Origin: Thermodesulfobacteriota bacterium
GTDB taxonomy: Bacteria; Desulfobacterota_D; UBA1144; Nemesobacterales; UBA2774
Length of the DNA stretch: 64,000 bases
NCBI GenBank assembly: GCA_965216785.1
Contig: OZ244197.1
Coordinates: 1,824,001 to 1,888,000, forward strand
Reading direction: 5' to 3'
Shown here piece after piece: positions 1-9,487 of the stretch. Within the stretch, counting starts at the first letter, position 1; every line of letters begins with the position of its first letter. Both the position numbers and the translations under genes were made by a program. Below the pieces are notes generated by a model that had not been told where the DNA came from, did no database searches, and worked only from the letters and a program-made list of their open reading frames with translations.

Positions 1-63
1 CGCTATGGTCTCTATGCCTTTAGGACTTAGGGTTAAAGCTACGCGACCTCTATTGAATCCCAT
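1..63 (-). CDS. N-terminal fragment of a hypothetical protein running off the window (MGFNRGRVALTLSPKGIETIA...)
   Basis: ATG at 63-61 on the minus strand preceded by an AAGGAG RBS; open to the window edge. Confidence 0.55.
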   Translation of the reverse strand, partial: MGFNRGRVALTLSPKGIETIA

Positions 64-128
64 ATTTAACTCCTTAAATACTCTTCATGTATATAAGGGA
101 AAAAACAGAGGGTTTTTAAAGGGGGGTT

Positions 129-1034
129 TTATAATTCGTTCATTTCTTTCTTTAAGTTCTTTTTAGCAGCTACTTCTAATTGACTTATTCTAGTTACAGA
201 TATCTTTAATTCCTTCGCAGCTTCTGTCTTGTTAAAACCTTTGAAATACAACAATTCTATCACTTTTCGCTGTTGATCTGTAAGTTTCATTAATTGATTT
301 TTTAGGTATTCCAGATCATTTATCAGAAAGATATCTTCCTCTAGATGAAAAGTATTATCATCAAACTCTTCAGGAATACCTTTCTGGAGTTCACCAAGTT
401 GATATCTGATGCTGTCTTTGACTCGGAATGGTAACTTTTCTAAGTCTTCCAGGAGAGAAAAGAGCATTGAATCCTTACTTGTATCAAATGCATTTCTTAG
501 AGTACTCTCAAATTCTTCTTGTAATAGTTCTTCTGGTAAGTCTTGTATATCTTTATGAAAAAGAAACTTTACTTCTCGTTCATGCTTTATATAGACACCA
601 TATCTCTTGGATACTTTGGCAGTTGCATATCTGAGTTCATCCAATAATTGTCTATCGTCGTCAAGTATTCGTCTGAATCTGGGATAACCGTATTTTGGAT
701 ACTCCTTTTCGAGGAACTTTAATATATTTCTCCATCGAGTGATGTATTCAGGAGTGCACATCACCCGTATAGCAAACATGGTATCCTTAGAAGAGTCAGT
801 TATATCTTGGACGTAATATTCATTTTGTGTGCCGAAATATTGATCAATGATTTCAGCAGCTATATCTAATATTTTTCCATTCAGAGATTTATTTGAATCG
901 ATACACTTATCCTTTGAAATGACTACAGCCTTTTCATTTTCGAATACCCTAATCTCAAATTTATCCAAAGTTTGGGCAATAGGTTCCGCTCTTTTCCGAA
1001 AATTCTTAACTTCAAGCTCACTTGCAGTAGGCAT
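129..1034 (-). CDS. Sigma-70 region 4 domain protein (sigma factor-like), probably mobile-element encoded
   Basis: C-terminal LTDQQRKVIELLYFKGFNKTEAAKELKISVTRISQLE is a sigma region-4 HTH; N-terminal ~230 aa unrecognised; AT-rich. Confidence 0.7.
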   Translation of the reverse strand: MPTASELEVKNFRKRAEPIAQTLDKFEIRVFENEKAVVISKDKCIDSNKSLNGKILDIAAEIIDQYFGTQNEYYVQDITDSSKDTMFAIRVMCTPEYITRWRNILKFLEKEYPKYGYPRFRRILDDDRQLLDELRYATAKVSKRYGVYIKHEREVKFLFHKDIQDLPEELLQEEFESTLRNAFDTSKDSMLFSLLEDLEKLPFRVKDSIRYQLGELQKGIPEEFDDNTFHLEEDIFLINDLEYLKNQLMKLTDQQRKVIELLYFKGFNKTEAAKELKISVTRISQLEVAAKKNLKKEMNEL

Positions 1035-1189
1035 TGTATTAAGTGTTCCTTTTAGTGACCAAATAGGTGTCCTTTCTGGTTATAAATACTCTACATATTC
1101 TAAATATACAAGTGTATTTGTAGGTGGAAATGTTTAATGTTCTTAGATAAATACTATGATTTGAGATACTTAGTAGTATACGTTCAATC

Positions 1190-1231
1190 GGATTAGGAAT
1201 CCTGCGCTCTATCCTGCTGAGCTACGGGGAC
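1190..1231 (-). pseudogene. 5' half of tRNA-Arg(CCT), truncated in the 3' strand of the anticodon stem (probable att junction)
   Basis: Minus strand GTCCCCG TA GCTC AGCAGGATA GAGC G CAGGA TTCCTAA TCC then GATTGAAC; no variable loop, T-arm or acceptor 3' strand follows. Confidence 0.85.
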
Positions 1232-1291
1232 TGTTTAGTTCTTCTAGAGGCTTATATTAATAACAGAATTTAGCGGCTTCATCAATAGCTT

Positions 1292-1648
1292 TCAGCCAAG
1301 TAGTGTAAGTATATTCCCGGCGGGGTCTTTGAGATGCGCGAGTGTTCCTCCCCAGTCTTGCTTTGTCGGGGGCCCTGTGAATTCAACGCCTTTTTCTGTT
1401 AGGTCTTTGTATACTGCATCTATGTCATCGACCTGAAGGGACATTCCTACAAACCGTCCGACAAGAGCTTTTCCTTCCTCATCGTTTTCAGCGACTTGCT
1501 CAAGCCCGAGGCTCGGGCCTCCTATGTCAAACTCGGCCCATCCGAGCGCGGGTTCTTTGTACTTAACAGGAAGCTCCAGAGTGTTTTCATAGAAATCGCA
1601 AGCGCTCTCCCAATCCCGGACAAATACTCTTACCGCGTAAAGTTTCAT
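1292..1648 (-). CDS. VOC/glyoxalase-bleomycin resistance family protein
   Basis: 118 aa; FYENTLEL, LQVDDIDAVY, WGG..AHLKDPAGN VOC motifs. Confidence 0.88.
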   Translation of the reverse strand: MKLYAVRVFVRDWESACDFYENTLELPVKYKEPALGWAEFDIGGPSLGLEQVAENDEEGKALVGRFVGMSLQVDDIDAVYKDLTEKGVEFTGPPTKQDWGGTLAHLKDPAGNILTLLG

Positions 1649-1726
1649 TACGATACCTCCAGATTATAAACTTAATGGACTTGTGCCTGAATATATACGA
1701 AAAATAATCGCATATATAGTAATGTG

Positions 1727-2320
1727 CTATTTTTTCACGTTCTTTCTTTCCTGCACATAACCGATGCGCTTATTCAAAGATGTTCTCTTGATGAAGTGGG
1801 CGAGCGCTTTTTCGTACAGCTCCTCACTGTGGCGTTTGCGGCTCTCGATGTAGGCAATACGTATTCTCTTGTAAGAGCCCGGCATCATTTGGAAATGTTT
1901 CCATGCATCTTTGTTCGTTTTAATCGCATTTAAGATATCAGGTGGAATTGTAAACTCTTCAGGATCATCATTTTCAGGGTCGAATACGTGCTCGATAGCC
2001 CGGAGACCGGCCTTTGTCATTTTCTTATGTTTTACAAGCTCTCTTACCCGCTCCAAATTCGTTTGCGATAACTTGCTTTTAGGTCTCCTTGGGCAGAAAC
2101 GCTGTGTGAACCGCTCTTCGTCTATTTTCTTCACGGTGCTGTCAATCCACCCGTAGCACAGGGCTTCGAGCACTGCGTCGTCATAGGGGATGCGAGGTTT
2201 CCCGCTGTCCTTCCGGTAATATATCAGCCATATCTCGGGCTCTTTCTTATGGTTTTTCGAGAGCCAGGAGCGCCACACTTTTCTATCTGTGACATAGAGT
2301 GTTTTACCGGGTAGTTTCAT
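1727..2320 (-). CDS. YdeI/OmpD-associated family protein
   Basis: WRSWL..NH, EALCYGWIDS, RRPKS motifs typical of YdeI. Confidence 0.85.
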   Translation of the reverse strand: MKLPGKTLYVTDRKVWRSWLSKNHKKEPEIWLIYYRKDSGKPRIPYDDAVLEALCYGWIDSTVKKIDEERFTQRFCPRRPKSKLSQTNLERVRELVKHKKMTKAGLRAIEHVFDPENDDPEEFTIPPDILNAIKTNKDAWKHFQMMPGSYKRIRIAYIESRKRHSEELYEKALAHFIKRTSLNKRIGYVQERKNVKK

Positions 2321-2361
2321 GGTTACTAGCAGAGTTGCCTAAGGGGCTCTTATCTGGAGAC

Positions 2362-3570
2362 TCAGCCGTGGATTTCCCTGTACGCTTTATCTCCGACAGA
2401 TTCAGTGATCTTAAGCCCGTACTCGTGTGCCTTCAGTATGGTGTCCAGTATCAGCTCTTCGGTTATCTCCATTGGCTCGTTATAAATGATTGGAATTGCG
2501 CGCGCCGCGGGCGGGAACTTTTTAATAATATCCATATCGCGCGCGGGGTCGAGACCAAACTGTCTCAGGTGTATGGGAAGGCCTACGTTCGCAAAAAAGG
2601 TAGCCGCTTTTTCAGCCTCATCCATTTTATCCTCAAGTAAAAGGTGGGCGACCAGACCGAAGGCAACCATCTCGCCGTGCATGAAGTTTTCATGTATCTC
2701 CGGCATCACGGTCAAGCTCTGCCCTATAGCGTGCGCGGCGGCCACGCCGCAGCTTTCAAACCCTAGCCCGCTTAAAAGAATATTGGCCTCTACGACTCTT
2801 TCCACAGCATCGTTTATCTCGTTTTTCTTAACAGCTTCAATTGCGCTCGGGGCATATTCGTAAAGCGTATTGGCGCAGAGCTCTGCTATAGCGACCGCTG
2901 CCATAGTGGGGCGGGTTCCTATAAGCGATAGAGCCTTTGGGTTCTGTACGCAAGTTCGCGCCTCATACCATGTGGCCATAGCGTCACCCAGGCCTGAAAC
3001 TACAAAACGGAACGGAGCTTCGGCAGCAATTTTTGTGTCTACTATAACCAGCGTCGGGTTGAACGGGTAAAACTCAACATCTTGGAATGCTCCTTGCTCG
3101 CTATATATAACGGAAAGGGCGGCGCAAGGAGCGTCTGTGGAAGCTATAGTCGGGCAGATTATTACAGGAATGGCTAGACGGTGAGCAACAGCCCTTCCTG
3201 TGTCGAGGCACTTACCGCCCCCTATGGCAACGATGGCATCGATGGGCTTTTCTTCTTTATTCAACAAGTTAGTTATACGGTCATATTCCTCCAAGCTGCT
3301 TTCTCCGCCAAAGATAACCAATGTTTCATCTATGCCGGAATGTTTCAGACTTTCACTTATCCTCCTGCCAAACCTTTTACTCCCACCACCTGTGATAATT
3401 ACTGCGGTATGCTTGGCATCACTCATGCCTAGATAGAGCCCTAGGTTGTCGAGCGCACCCTCACACTGAATATACTTTCGGGGAGAATTGAGCACTCTGG
3501 GGACTATATGTCCTTTGCTTACTTCGGCTGAAAATATTTCTTCAGGTTTGAAAGGCTTTCGCGGGGACAT
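2362..3570 (-). CDS. gldA: Glycerol dehydrogenase (Fe/Zn-ADH family)
   Basis: SPRKYIQ, IGGGKCLD, PTIASTDAPC, GDAMATWYE, AAHAI and HGEMVAFG metal ligands. Confidence 0.88.
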   Translation of the reverse strand: MSPRKPFKPEEIFSAEVSKGHIVPRVLNSPRKYIQCEGALDNLGLYLGMSDAKHTAVIITGGGSKRFGRRISESLKHSGIDETLVIFGGESSLEEYDRITNLLNKEEKPIDAIVAIGGGKCLDTGRAVAHRLAIPVIICPTIASTDAPCAALSVIYSEQGAFQDVEFYPFNPTLVIVDTKIAAEAPFRFVVSGLGDAMATWYEARTCVQNPKALSLIGTRPTMAAVAIAELCANTLYEYAPSAIEAVKKNEINDAVERVVEANILLSGLGFESCGVAAAHAIGQSLTVMPEIHENFMHGEMVAFGLVAHLLLEDKMDEAEKAATFFANVGLPIHLRQFGLDPARDMDIIKKFPPAARAIPIIYNEPMEITEELILDTILKAHEYGLKITESVGDKAYREIHG

Positions 3571-3613
3571 ATGTTTCTCCTCTCTTTAGAAGGCAGTAAT
3601 GGTTTCAGTCATC

Positions 3614-4141
3614 TTACTCGACTTTTAATTTGTACTTAGACTTTGTTTCCCGCCCGTCGATGTCCGAAATTGAAAACCCTACTTTATACTTCCCTTTAGG
3701 GACGTGGATTGATTTCATATGAAGAACCGCCCCCTCCTTATCTGTTTTTACATACGGGAGTACCCGGCTCGTTAGGTTTTTTTTGAAAAAGAACTTCTCA
3801 CCCCAAACATCGAGTGATTCTAAATTGAGCGGAGAGGCGTTCTGTTTGAATATCACATATACGTTTACAGGCGTTATGGCCTCAATCATGGGGCCTTTCT
3901 TCATCTCCATTACGGCAGGCTCGTCAATAATTATGCTCGGGGCCTTATCGTCTGATTTTACTTCACCCGAAGCGGTCTCCTTATCGAATTCTTCATCTGA
4001 ATAGCGGAGCTTCTTGGCGTCATCTTCAGAGAAAAGCTCTGCCTGTTTTTCACCGAATGAGTCAGGCGGGCTTAGTAATATGAAGCCTACTAAGGATATT
4101 ACAAACAATATTATAAATTTTCCGGATACTGTTTTTAGCAT
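3614..4141 (-). CDS. Exported hypothetical protein
   Basis: Start MLKTV (ATG at 4141, GAGG upstream) followed by a hydrophobic signal; ORF track start at 4216 is likely too far upstream. Confidence 0.6.
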   Translation of the reverse strand: MLKTVSGKFIILFVISLVGFILLSPPDSFGEKQAELFSEDDAKKLRYSDEEFDKETASGEVKSDDKAPSIIIDEPAVMEMKKGPMIEAITPVNVYVIFKQNASPLNLESLDVWGEKFFFKKNLTSRVLPYVKTDKEGAVLHMKSIHVPKGKYKVGFSISDIDGRETKSKYKLKVE

Positions 4142-4313
4142 ATTGCCTCGCATGTGTTGATTTGTATATTTACCAACTTTAATTTCAACAATATCCCTCT
4201 GGTGTCTAAGTGTCAAGCCCGATATGACAGGGCTAACTCGGGAAGCTTTTAATTTCTGTCTTTACATAGGATTAAAGAGTTGATATTATCCCGTCTCGTA
4301 GGAGGACACATCT

Positions 4314-5225
4314 ATGGCTAAAGTGAAAATAACGCCGTCTAGGACAAAGATAGGGTGGATAGGCACAGGGGTAATGGGAAGCTCGATGTGTATGCACCTT
4401 GTTAAAAAAGGATACAGCTGCACTGTATATAACAGGACTAAACGTAAGGCTAAAAAACTGATTGACGCGGGGGCAGCTTGGGCGAAGTCGCCTCGGGAGG
4501 TTGCCGAGGAGTCAGACGTTGTGTTCACGATTGTTGGTTTTCCCAAGGACGTAAGGGACGTCTATTTCAGTAAGAACGGTATATTCGAAGGGTCTGACAA
4601 GGGGAAAATACTGGTAGATATGACGACTACGGAGCCCTCACTCGCAGAGGAAATTTACAAACAGGCCAAGAAAGCGGGGGCTTCTTCGGTAGACGCGCCT
4701 GTCTCGGGCGGGGACATAGGGGCTCAGAGCGCAGCGCTGTCTATCATGGTCGGCGGAGATAAGGACACTGTGGCCTCTGTAATGCCTCTATTTAAGCTGA
4801 TGGGTAAGAACATCGTGCACCAGGGCGGAGCGGGCAAAGGACAGCATGCGAAGATGTGTAACCAGATAATGGTTACAGGGCTTATGATAGGGATGTGCGA
4901 GACGCTGCTTTACGGCTATAAGGCGGGGCTTGATCTCGACACGATGCTGAGCTCTGTAAGCAAAGGCGCTGCCGCGTGCTGGATGCTGGATAACCTGGCG
5001 CCAAGGATGCTGAAGAGGGATTTCAGTCCCGGGTTTTATGTGGAGCATTATATAAAAGACCTTGGTATCGCGCTTGAGGAAGCCAAGAGAATGAACATAT
5101 CGCTTCCGGGTTTAGCGCTCGTAAACCAGCTTTACATTGCCACTCAGGCACAGGGGCACGGAAGGAAGGGAACACAGGCGCTCTTGCTGGCATTGGAGAC
5201 TCTATCAGGGGTTAAGAGGCGGTAA
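4314..5225 (+). CDS. 3-hydroxyisobutyrate dehydrogenase / tartronate semialdehyde reductase family oxidoreductase
   Basis: GWIGTGVMG, DAPVSGG, KMCNQ, KDL motifs; GGAGG RBS. Confidence 0.9.
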   Translation: MAKVKITPSRTKIGWIGTGVMGSSMCMHLVKKGYSCTVYNRTKRKAKKLIDAGAAWAKSPREVAEESDVVFTIVGFPKDVRDVYFSKNGIFEGSDKGKILVDMTTTEPSLAEEIYKQAKKAGASSVDAPVSGGDIGAQSAALSIMVGGDKDTVASVMPLFKLMGKNIVHQGGAGKGQHAKMCNQIMVTGLMIGMCETLLYGYKAGLDLDTMLSSVSKGAAACWMLDNLAPRMLKRDFSPGFYVEHYIKDLGIALEEAKRMNISLPGLALVNQLYIATQAQGHGRKGTQALLLALETLSGVKRR

Positions 5226-5241
5226 TAGCGGGTGTGTACAT

Positions 5242-6648
5242 CTAACTAATAGTTCTGATCTGTATTGCGTCAATTCCGGCGCCGGCGATTATATCTGACA
5301 GCACAACAACCCGGTCTCCGGGCTCAAACCCCTCGCGGTTTTTTAATATTGAAAGTGCGTTCTGAATTGATTTCTCGGGATCTCTGCTGAATAAAATCCG
5401 GTGAGCCATCACCCCACGGTTCAAGAAGAGCTGTCTTCTGGTTCTGTTGTCGTTTGTGAACGCGTATATATATGTTTTAAAGGGTCTGCAGTTGGTTAAG
5501 TACTGCGCCATGATACCGCGGCGGGTAATTACTAAAATACCTCTGGCGTTGATAGACTCAGCAAGATTCACAGCGGACTGCGCGACGCTTTGTTTTATGT
5601 CATCACTTATAAGATTTGAGCTGAAGTTCATGCCCGGCAGCTGCTCGGAAGCGGTTGCGATTTTATGAATATTCTCTATGCAGCGGATCGGGTATCTCCC
5701 TACGGCGGTCTCGCCCGAAAGCATTACGGCATCGACCTCGCTATATACGGCATTGGCCACGTCCGTTACCTCGGCGCGGGTCGGAACGGGGTTTTCAATC
5801 ATGGACTCCAAAAGATGAGTAGCCACTATAACCCTTTTTCCTTTCTCCTGGCATTTACGGACTATAGTGCGCTGCACGTTTGGGAGCTCTTCGAGCTCAA
5901 TTTCAACTCCCAAATCACCCCGTGCCACCATTACGGCGTCTGAAACATCTATGATCTCTTCAATATTGTTGACCCCGTCCTGATTCTCGATCTTAGAGAT
6001 AACCTTTATTTTATTTACCTTATCTCCCAACAGCTCTTTTAGCTCCAGTACGTCGCTTGCCTGGCGGACAAACGAGAGAGCGATAAAATCCACTTCCTGC
6101 TCGACCCCGAATAGGACGTGCTCTTTATCATGCTCTGAAATCGAGGGCAGGTTGAGTCTGATACCGGGCAGGTTGACGTGACGCTGGCTTTTCAGCATCC
6201 CTCCGTCTATGACCTTGCATTCCATAGTCCCCCGGTTTTTCTTTAGAATCTCAAGGTTAATCAGTCCGCTGTCTACGGAGATCTTGTCCCCCTCGTTTAA
6301 CGTATTGATGAGGTCTTCGTAATCTATACTGAAAGAGGATATCTCGGCATCCTGGTTGCCCACGGATACTGTTATAACGTCGCCTTCCTGTAGCTGCAGA
6401 TCTTTGCTCAGTCTGCCCGTTCTTATCTCGGGGCCCTCCAGGTCCAGGAGCACTGGAATGGCGTCTTTTATTTTCTGGTTGATATTCTTGATGGACCTTA
6501 TGACTTTTTCGTGGTTCTCATGTGTGCCGTGCGACATGTTAAGGCGCACGATATTCATGCCGGCTACATACATTGCCATCAGCCTATCGTATGTACTGGT
6601 GGTAGGCCCTATGGTGCAGATGATTTTAGTTTTTCTTAATGGATTCAT
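5242..6648 (-). CDS. pyk: Pyruvate kinase
   Basis: KTKIICTIGP, RLNMSHG, KIEN, VARGDLGVE, PTRAEVTDVANA, MLSGETA. Confidence 0.97.
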   Translation of the reverse strand: MNPLRKTKIICTIGPTTSTYDRLMAMYVAGMNIVRLNMSHGTHENHEKVIRSIKNINQKIKDAIPVLLDLEGPEIRTGRLSKDLQLQEGDVITVSVGNQDAEISSFSIDYEDLINTLNEGDKISVDSGLINLEILKKNRGTMECKVIDGGMLKSQRHVNLPGIRLNLPSISEHDKEHVLFGVEQEVDFIALSFVRQASDVLELKELLGDKVNKIKVISKIENQDGVNNIEEIIDVSDAVMVARGDLGVEIELEELPNVQRTIVRKCQEKGKRVIVATHLLESMIENPVPTRAEVTDVANAVYSEVDAVMLSGETAVGRYPIRCIENIHKIATASEQLPGMNFSSNLISDDIKQSVAQSAVNLAESINARGILVITRRGIMAQYLTNCRPFKTYIYAFTNDNRTRRQLFLNRGVMAHRILFSRDPEKSIQNALSILKNREGFEPGDRVVVLSDIIAGAGIDAIQIRTIS

Positions 6649-6834
6649 GACAGATTATGACATCTAATTATGACGGGAGTTTGAAAATTGTAAATATTCG
6701 TAACGTGAGATTAATTTCTCGATAAAGGCCGGGCAGCTTTAGGCGTATTCGATTTTGGTAAAATGGAATACTTGAAAAATAAAGAATCGGTCCTCGGTTT
6801 ATAGTCTCACGCAAAATATGCTATTCTCAAATAT

Positions 6835-7293
6835 ATGTCCGCAACACTCGAAAGAGGGATATTAATAGTAGTCGGAATAGTGATCGCGTTTCTCCTGATA
6901 CGCTTGTTTTTGATCATCTTTCTTCTCTTGGCAACTTCCGAGGGCGAGACGCACAGATAAGGTGTAACACTTGGAAACAGAGGCGATTGGCACGGGGCAA
7001 TCGTGCATTTTGATAGAGTCATTGAAATGAACCCGAACCATGAGAAGGCCTACGCATCGAGAGCCTACGCGAAACTCAAGACAGGTGACACAGGCGGTGC
7101 GATTGAAGACTCTCAGGCGGCGCTTAGATTAAGCCCGTATTACGGTCAGGCTTACGCATACCTGGGTTTGGCTGAGCTTAAGTCCGGGAATAAAGAAATA
7201 GGCTGTGAAAAATTAAACGAAGCCTCTGAGCTCGGATACCTGGAAGCTAAGTACTACTTGAATGAATATTGTTATGGGCTTGAAGGCCGCTAA
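6835..7293 (+). pseudogene. Membrane-anchored TPR protein interrupted by an in-frame TAA (6958-6960)
   Basis: ATG 6835 gives MSATLERGILIVVGIVIAFLLIRLFLIIFLLLATSEGETHR*GVTLGNRGDWHGAIVHFDRVIEMNP..., same frame as the 7003..7293 TPR ORF. Confidence 0.7.
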
Positions 7294-7308
7294 GTATACA
7301 GTTATGGA

Positions 7309-7737
7309 TCACTCTATAGTCTGATACCCTTCCATACCCTCGTTTGAGACAAGCTCTATCAATATCGCTTCCTGGCCCAGCTTCTCAGTCAGCTCTTTAT
7401 TTAGCTCATCGATTTTTTTCCGGAATTTTTTGTCGCTGACCTTCCAGTCGCAGCAGTTAATGATGGTTATATTAAGGCTCTTTTCCCTTTTCCCCTCGTA
7501 GTACCCTACTGTTTCCTGCACGGTAGCCCCGGAGAAGTGTTTAACCAGTATCGCCTCTACATCTTCTAAATCGTATTTCTTTCCGTTTTTGTCTGAGGAC
7601 AGGGCGACGTAGATCCTGACAACTGAGTCCTCATACCCGGTCTCGATCTTAATTGAGCTAAGCTCACGGTTTTGGAAAATTAGAAATATTATCAGTACTA
7701 CTATGATAGCTAAAAGAGTCGTTGTCAGGTATTTCAT
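7309..7737 (-). CDS. Membrane-anchored hypothetical protein, possibly DUF3574-like
   Basis: N-terminal TM; F(S)GATVQE..GYY...REKS and ..QEAIL pattern reminiscent of DUF3574. Confidence 0.55.
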   Translation of the reverse strand: MKYLTTTLLAIIVVLIIFLIFQNRELSSIKIETGYEDSVVRIYVALSSDKNGKKYDLEDVEAILVKHFSGATVQETVGYYEGKREKSLNITIINCCDWKVSDKKFRKKIDELNKELTEKLGQEAILIELVSNEGMEGYQTIE

Positions 7738-7852
7738 TGCTACATTGTCTCAATAATCTATTGGTAATAAAAGTCTACGGCATCGACCGGCCCTTTCCAA
7801 TAGTAGATCAGCCATATACTTTATCAGGGGAGTGTTCGATTATGTTGGAAAA

Positions 7853-8161
7853 TCACTTGCTTAACGCTACGAGAAGCAGCCTGATTATAATGGCGAAGAA
7901 CACGACCACAAAGCTCACGTTCAGTACGAACCATAGTACGTGGACCCAGGCTTTGCGCGACTCGCAAAGGTAATGATATAAAAAGCCCGACACAAACGCT
8001 GAAACCGCTATGGGAAGAAACGACGATAGCCAAAGCAGCATAAAATGTTCCTTTAAGAGTGCGGATGACTGCCCTAAATCTTTTACTATAAAGAATGAAG
8101 CCGCTGCGGATATTAAAGCGAGCGCGAGTGCGAATAGTAATGTGCGTTTTATTTTAGTCAT
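7853..8161 (-). CDS. Small hypothetical membrane protein (about 3 TM)
   Basis: 102 aa with three hydrophobic stretches. Confidence 0.55.
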   Translation of the reverse strand: MTKIKRTLLFALALALISAAASFFIVKDLGQSSALLKEHFMLLWLSSFLPIAVSAFVSGFLYHYLCESRKAWVHVLWFVLNVSFVVVFFAIIIRLLLVALSK

Positions 8162-8239
8162 ATTGGCGTAATTTTATACTGTGTGTAGTATTATCTTCCC
8201 GGATATTAGTGAAAAAACAAACGGAGGGGCAAGGTCAAT

Positions 8240-8482
8240 ATGAAGAATGTTATCGTTACGGGACTTTTAATACTGGGGGTTACTCTAGGGGCGGCGTCAT
8301 GCGCAAAGGTGGCGGACGATATCGCGGCGCCCGCAGAGCCCGCAGACACGGACGAGCTTGCGCCCAGAGTCGAGCCAAAGGATTTAGAAAACACATACAA
8401 CCCTTTAGTTGAGGAAGAGATCGAGTCCGACGAGGCCCCTCTTGAGACAGAGGAAATGGAAGATCCGCCTCTTATAAAGTAA
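8240..8482 (+). CDS. Small acidic lipoprotein
   Basis: Signal peptide ending AAS-C; Pro/Glu/Asp-rich mature part. Confidence 0.6.
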   Translation: MKNVIVTGLLILGVTLGAASCAKVADDIAAPAEPADTDELAPRVEPKDLENTYNPLVEEEIESDEAPLETEEMEDPPLIK

Positions 8483-8505
8483 TCTAGATCGCTTTTTGCG
8501 CGGGA

Positions 8506-9333
8506 TTATTTCCTTTTGTTTTCAGGAACTATCTCTATTTCAAATAACTTTGGCCAGAGCTTGCCGGTGACCAGCAGTGTTTTACTGTTTTTATCGTAAG
8601 CTATGCCGTTTAAAACGTCTACCTTGTTCTTTCGATCCTCTTTGGTGAGTAGTCCCGACAGGTCGATCCATCCAGTCACACGTCCGGTATGAGGGTCGAT
8701 TCTGGCAATCCTGTTTGCTCCTAATATGTTCGCGAATATTTCGCCTTCCACGTACTCAAGCTCATTTAATCCTACTACATTTTTACCTTCGTCATGGACC
8801 TCGAGCTCTCCTGCGACTTTAAAAATGTGCGGGTCAAGAAACTTGAGGGTAGCCGAGCCGTCACTCATGATAAGATGCTTATCGTCAGACGTAATTCCCC
8901 AACCTTCACCATTATATCTAAATCTGCCGATCGGTTTCAGATTGCTAAGGTTATAAATGAATCCGGTTTCAGAGCGCCAAGTAAGCTGTACGATATTCCC
9001 ATATAAAATAGCGATCCCCTCTCCGAAATACTTATCCGGCATACTGTAGGACTCTAGGATTTCCCCTGTTTTTCTATCAACCAGTCTTAACGTGGACCGT
9101 CCCTTGATGCCTGTGCTTTCGTACAGCTTCCCATTATGTAAAAGTAAGCCCTGTGTGAACGCCTCAGGGTCGTGGGGGTAGGTGTTTATGATTTTATAGC
9201 CGTAGACGGGCACAGTCTCGTCTTGCTGTGCATGAGCTCTCTGCGCTTGCTCGAGTTGCGCGAACAGAACGCAAAAAGTAAATAAGATGATTCGTGCCGC
9301 CATGTTTAGCTCGTAAACTTCACGTATTTTCAT
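8506..9333 (-). CDS. Glutaminyl-peptide cyclotransferase (type II, bacterial/plant)
   Basis: YPHDPEAFTQGL, YESTG, FGEG, EGWG, NELE, VLNGIA, TGKLWP. Confidence 0.93.
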   Translation of the reverse strand: MKIREVYELNMAARIILFTFCVLFAQLEQAQRAHAQQDETVPVYGYKIINTYPHDPEAFTQGLLLHNGKLYESTGIKGRSTLRLVDRKTGEILESYSMPDKYFGEGIAILYGNIVQLTWRSETGFIYNLSNLKPIGRFRYNGEGWGITSDDKHLIMSDGSATLKFLDPHIFKVAGELEVHDEGKNVVGLNELEYVEGEIFANILGANRIARIDPHTGRVTGWIDLSGLLTKEDRKNKVDVLNGIAYDKNSKTLLVTGKLWPKLFEIEIVPENKRK

Positions 9334-9436
9334 AATCGTATAGGCCGCCGTATTCGTAATTATGCATAAAGGATAGTATTTGTATTATCTATAATAATAT
9401 CCTATAGGTGTCAAATTTCTCTTTTATTTCCCTCTA

Positions 9437-9480
9437 TTGACAGAAAGTCCCTCTGGTTTATATTTTAGGTCAATCTAAAA
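9437..9480 (+). promoter_or_regulatory. Sigma-70 promoter overlapped by a DtxR/MntR-type operator
   Basis: TTGACA 9437-9442, TATATT 9459-9464; TTTTAG-GTCAAT-CTAAAA 9463-9480, same arms as the operator at 10426. Confidence 0.75.
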
Positions 9481-9487
9481 ATATAGT

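Larger units (their letters stand above)
1..1189. mobile_element. End of a putative integrated element inserted in tRNA-Arg(CCT)
   Basis: Visibly AT-richer than the flank; composition change coincides with the truncation point of the tRNA; no integrase in window. Confidence 0.55.

Noticed and set aside
1035-1195. Group I intron in tRNA-Arg(CCU) as the cause of the split tRNA
   Set aside because: Exon-like sequence continues past the anticodon (AATCC), no G-rich internal guide follows to pair with the 5' exon, and no 3' exon or intron core is visible
6958-6960. Selenocysteine/pyrrolysine readthrough in the TPR gene
   Set aside because: The stop is TAA, and TAA ends many normal genes here
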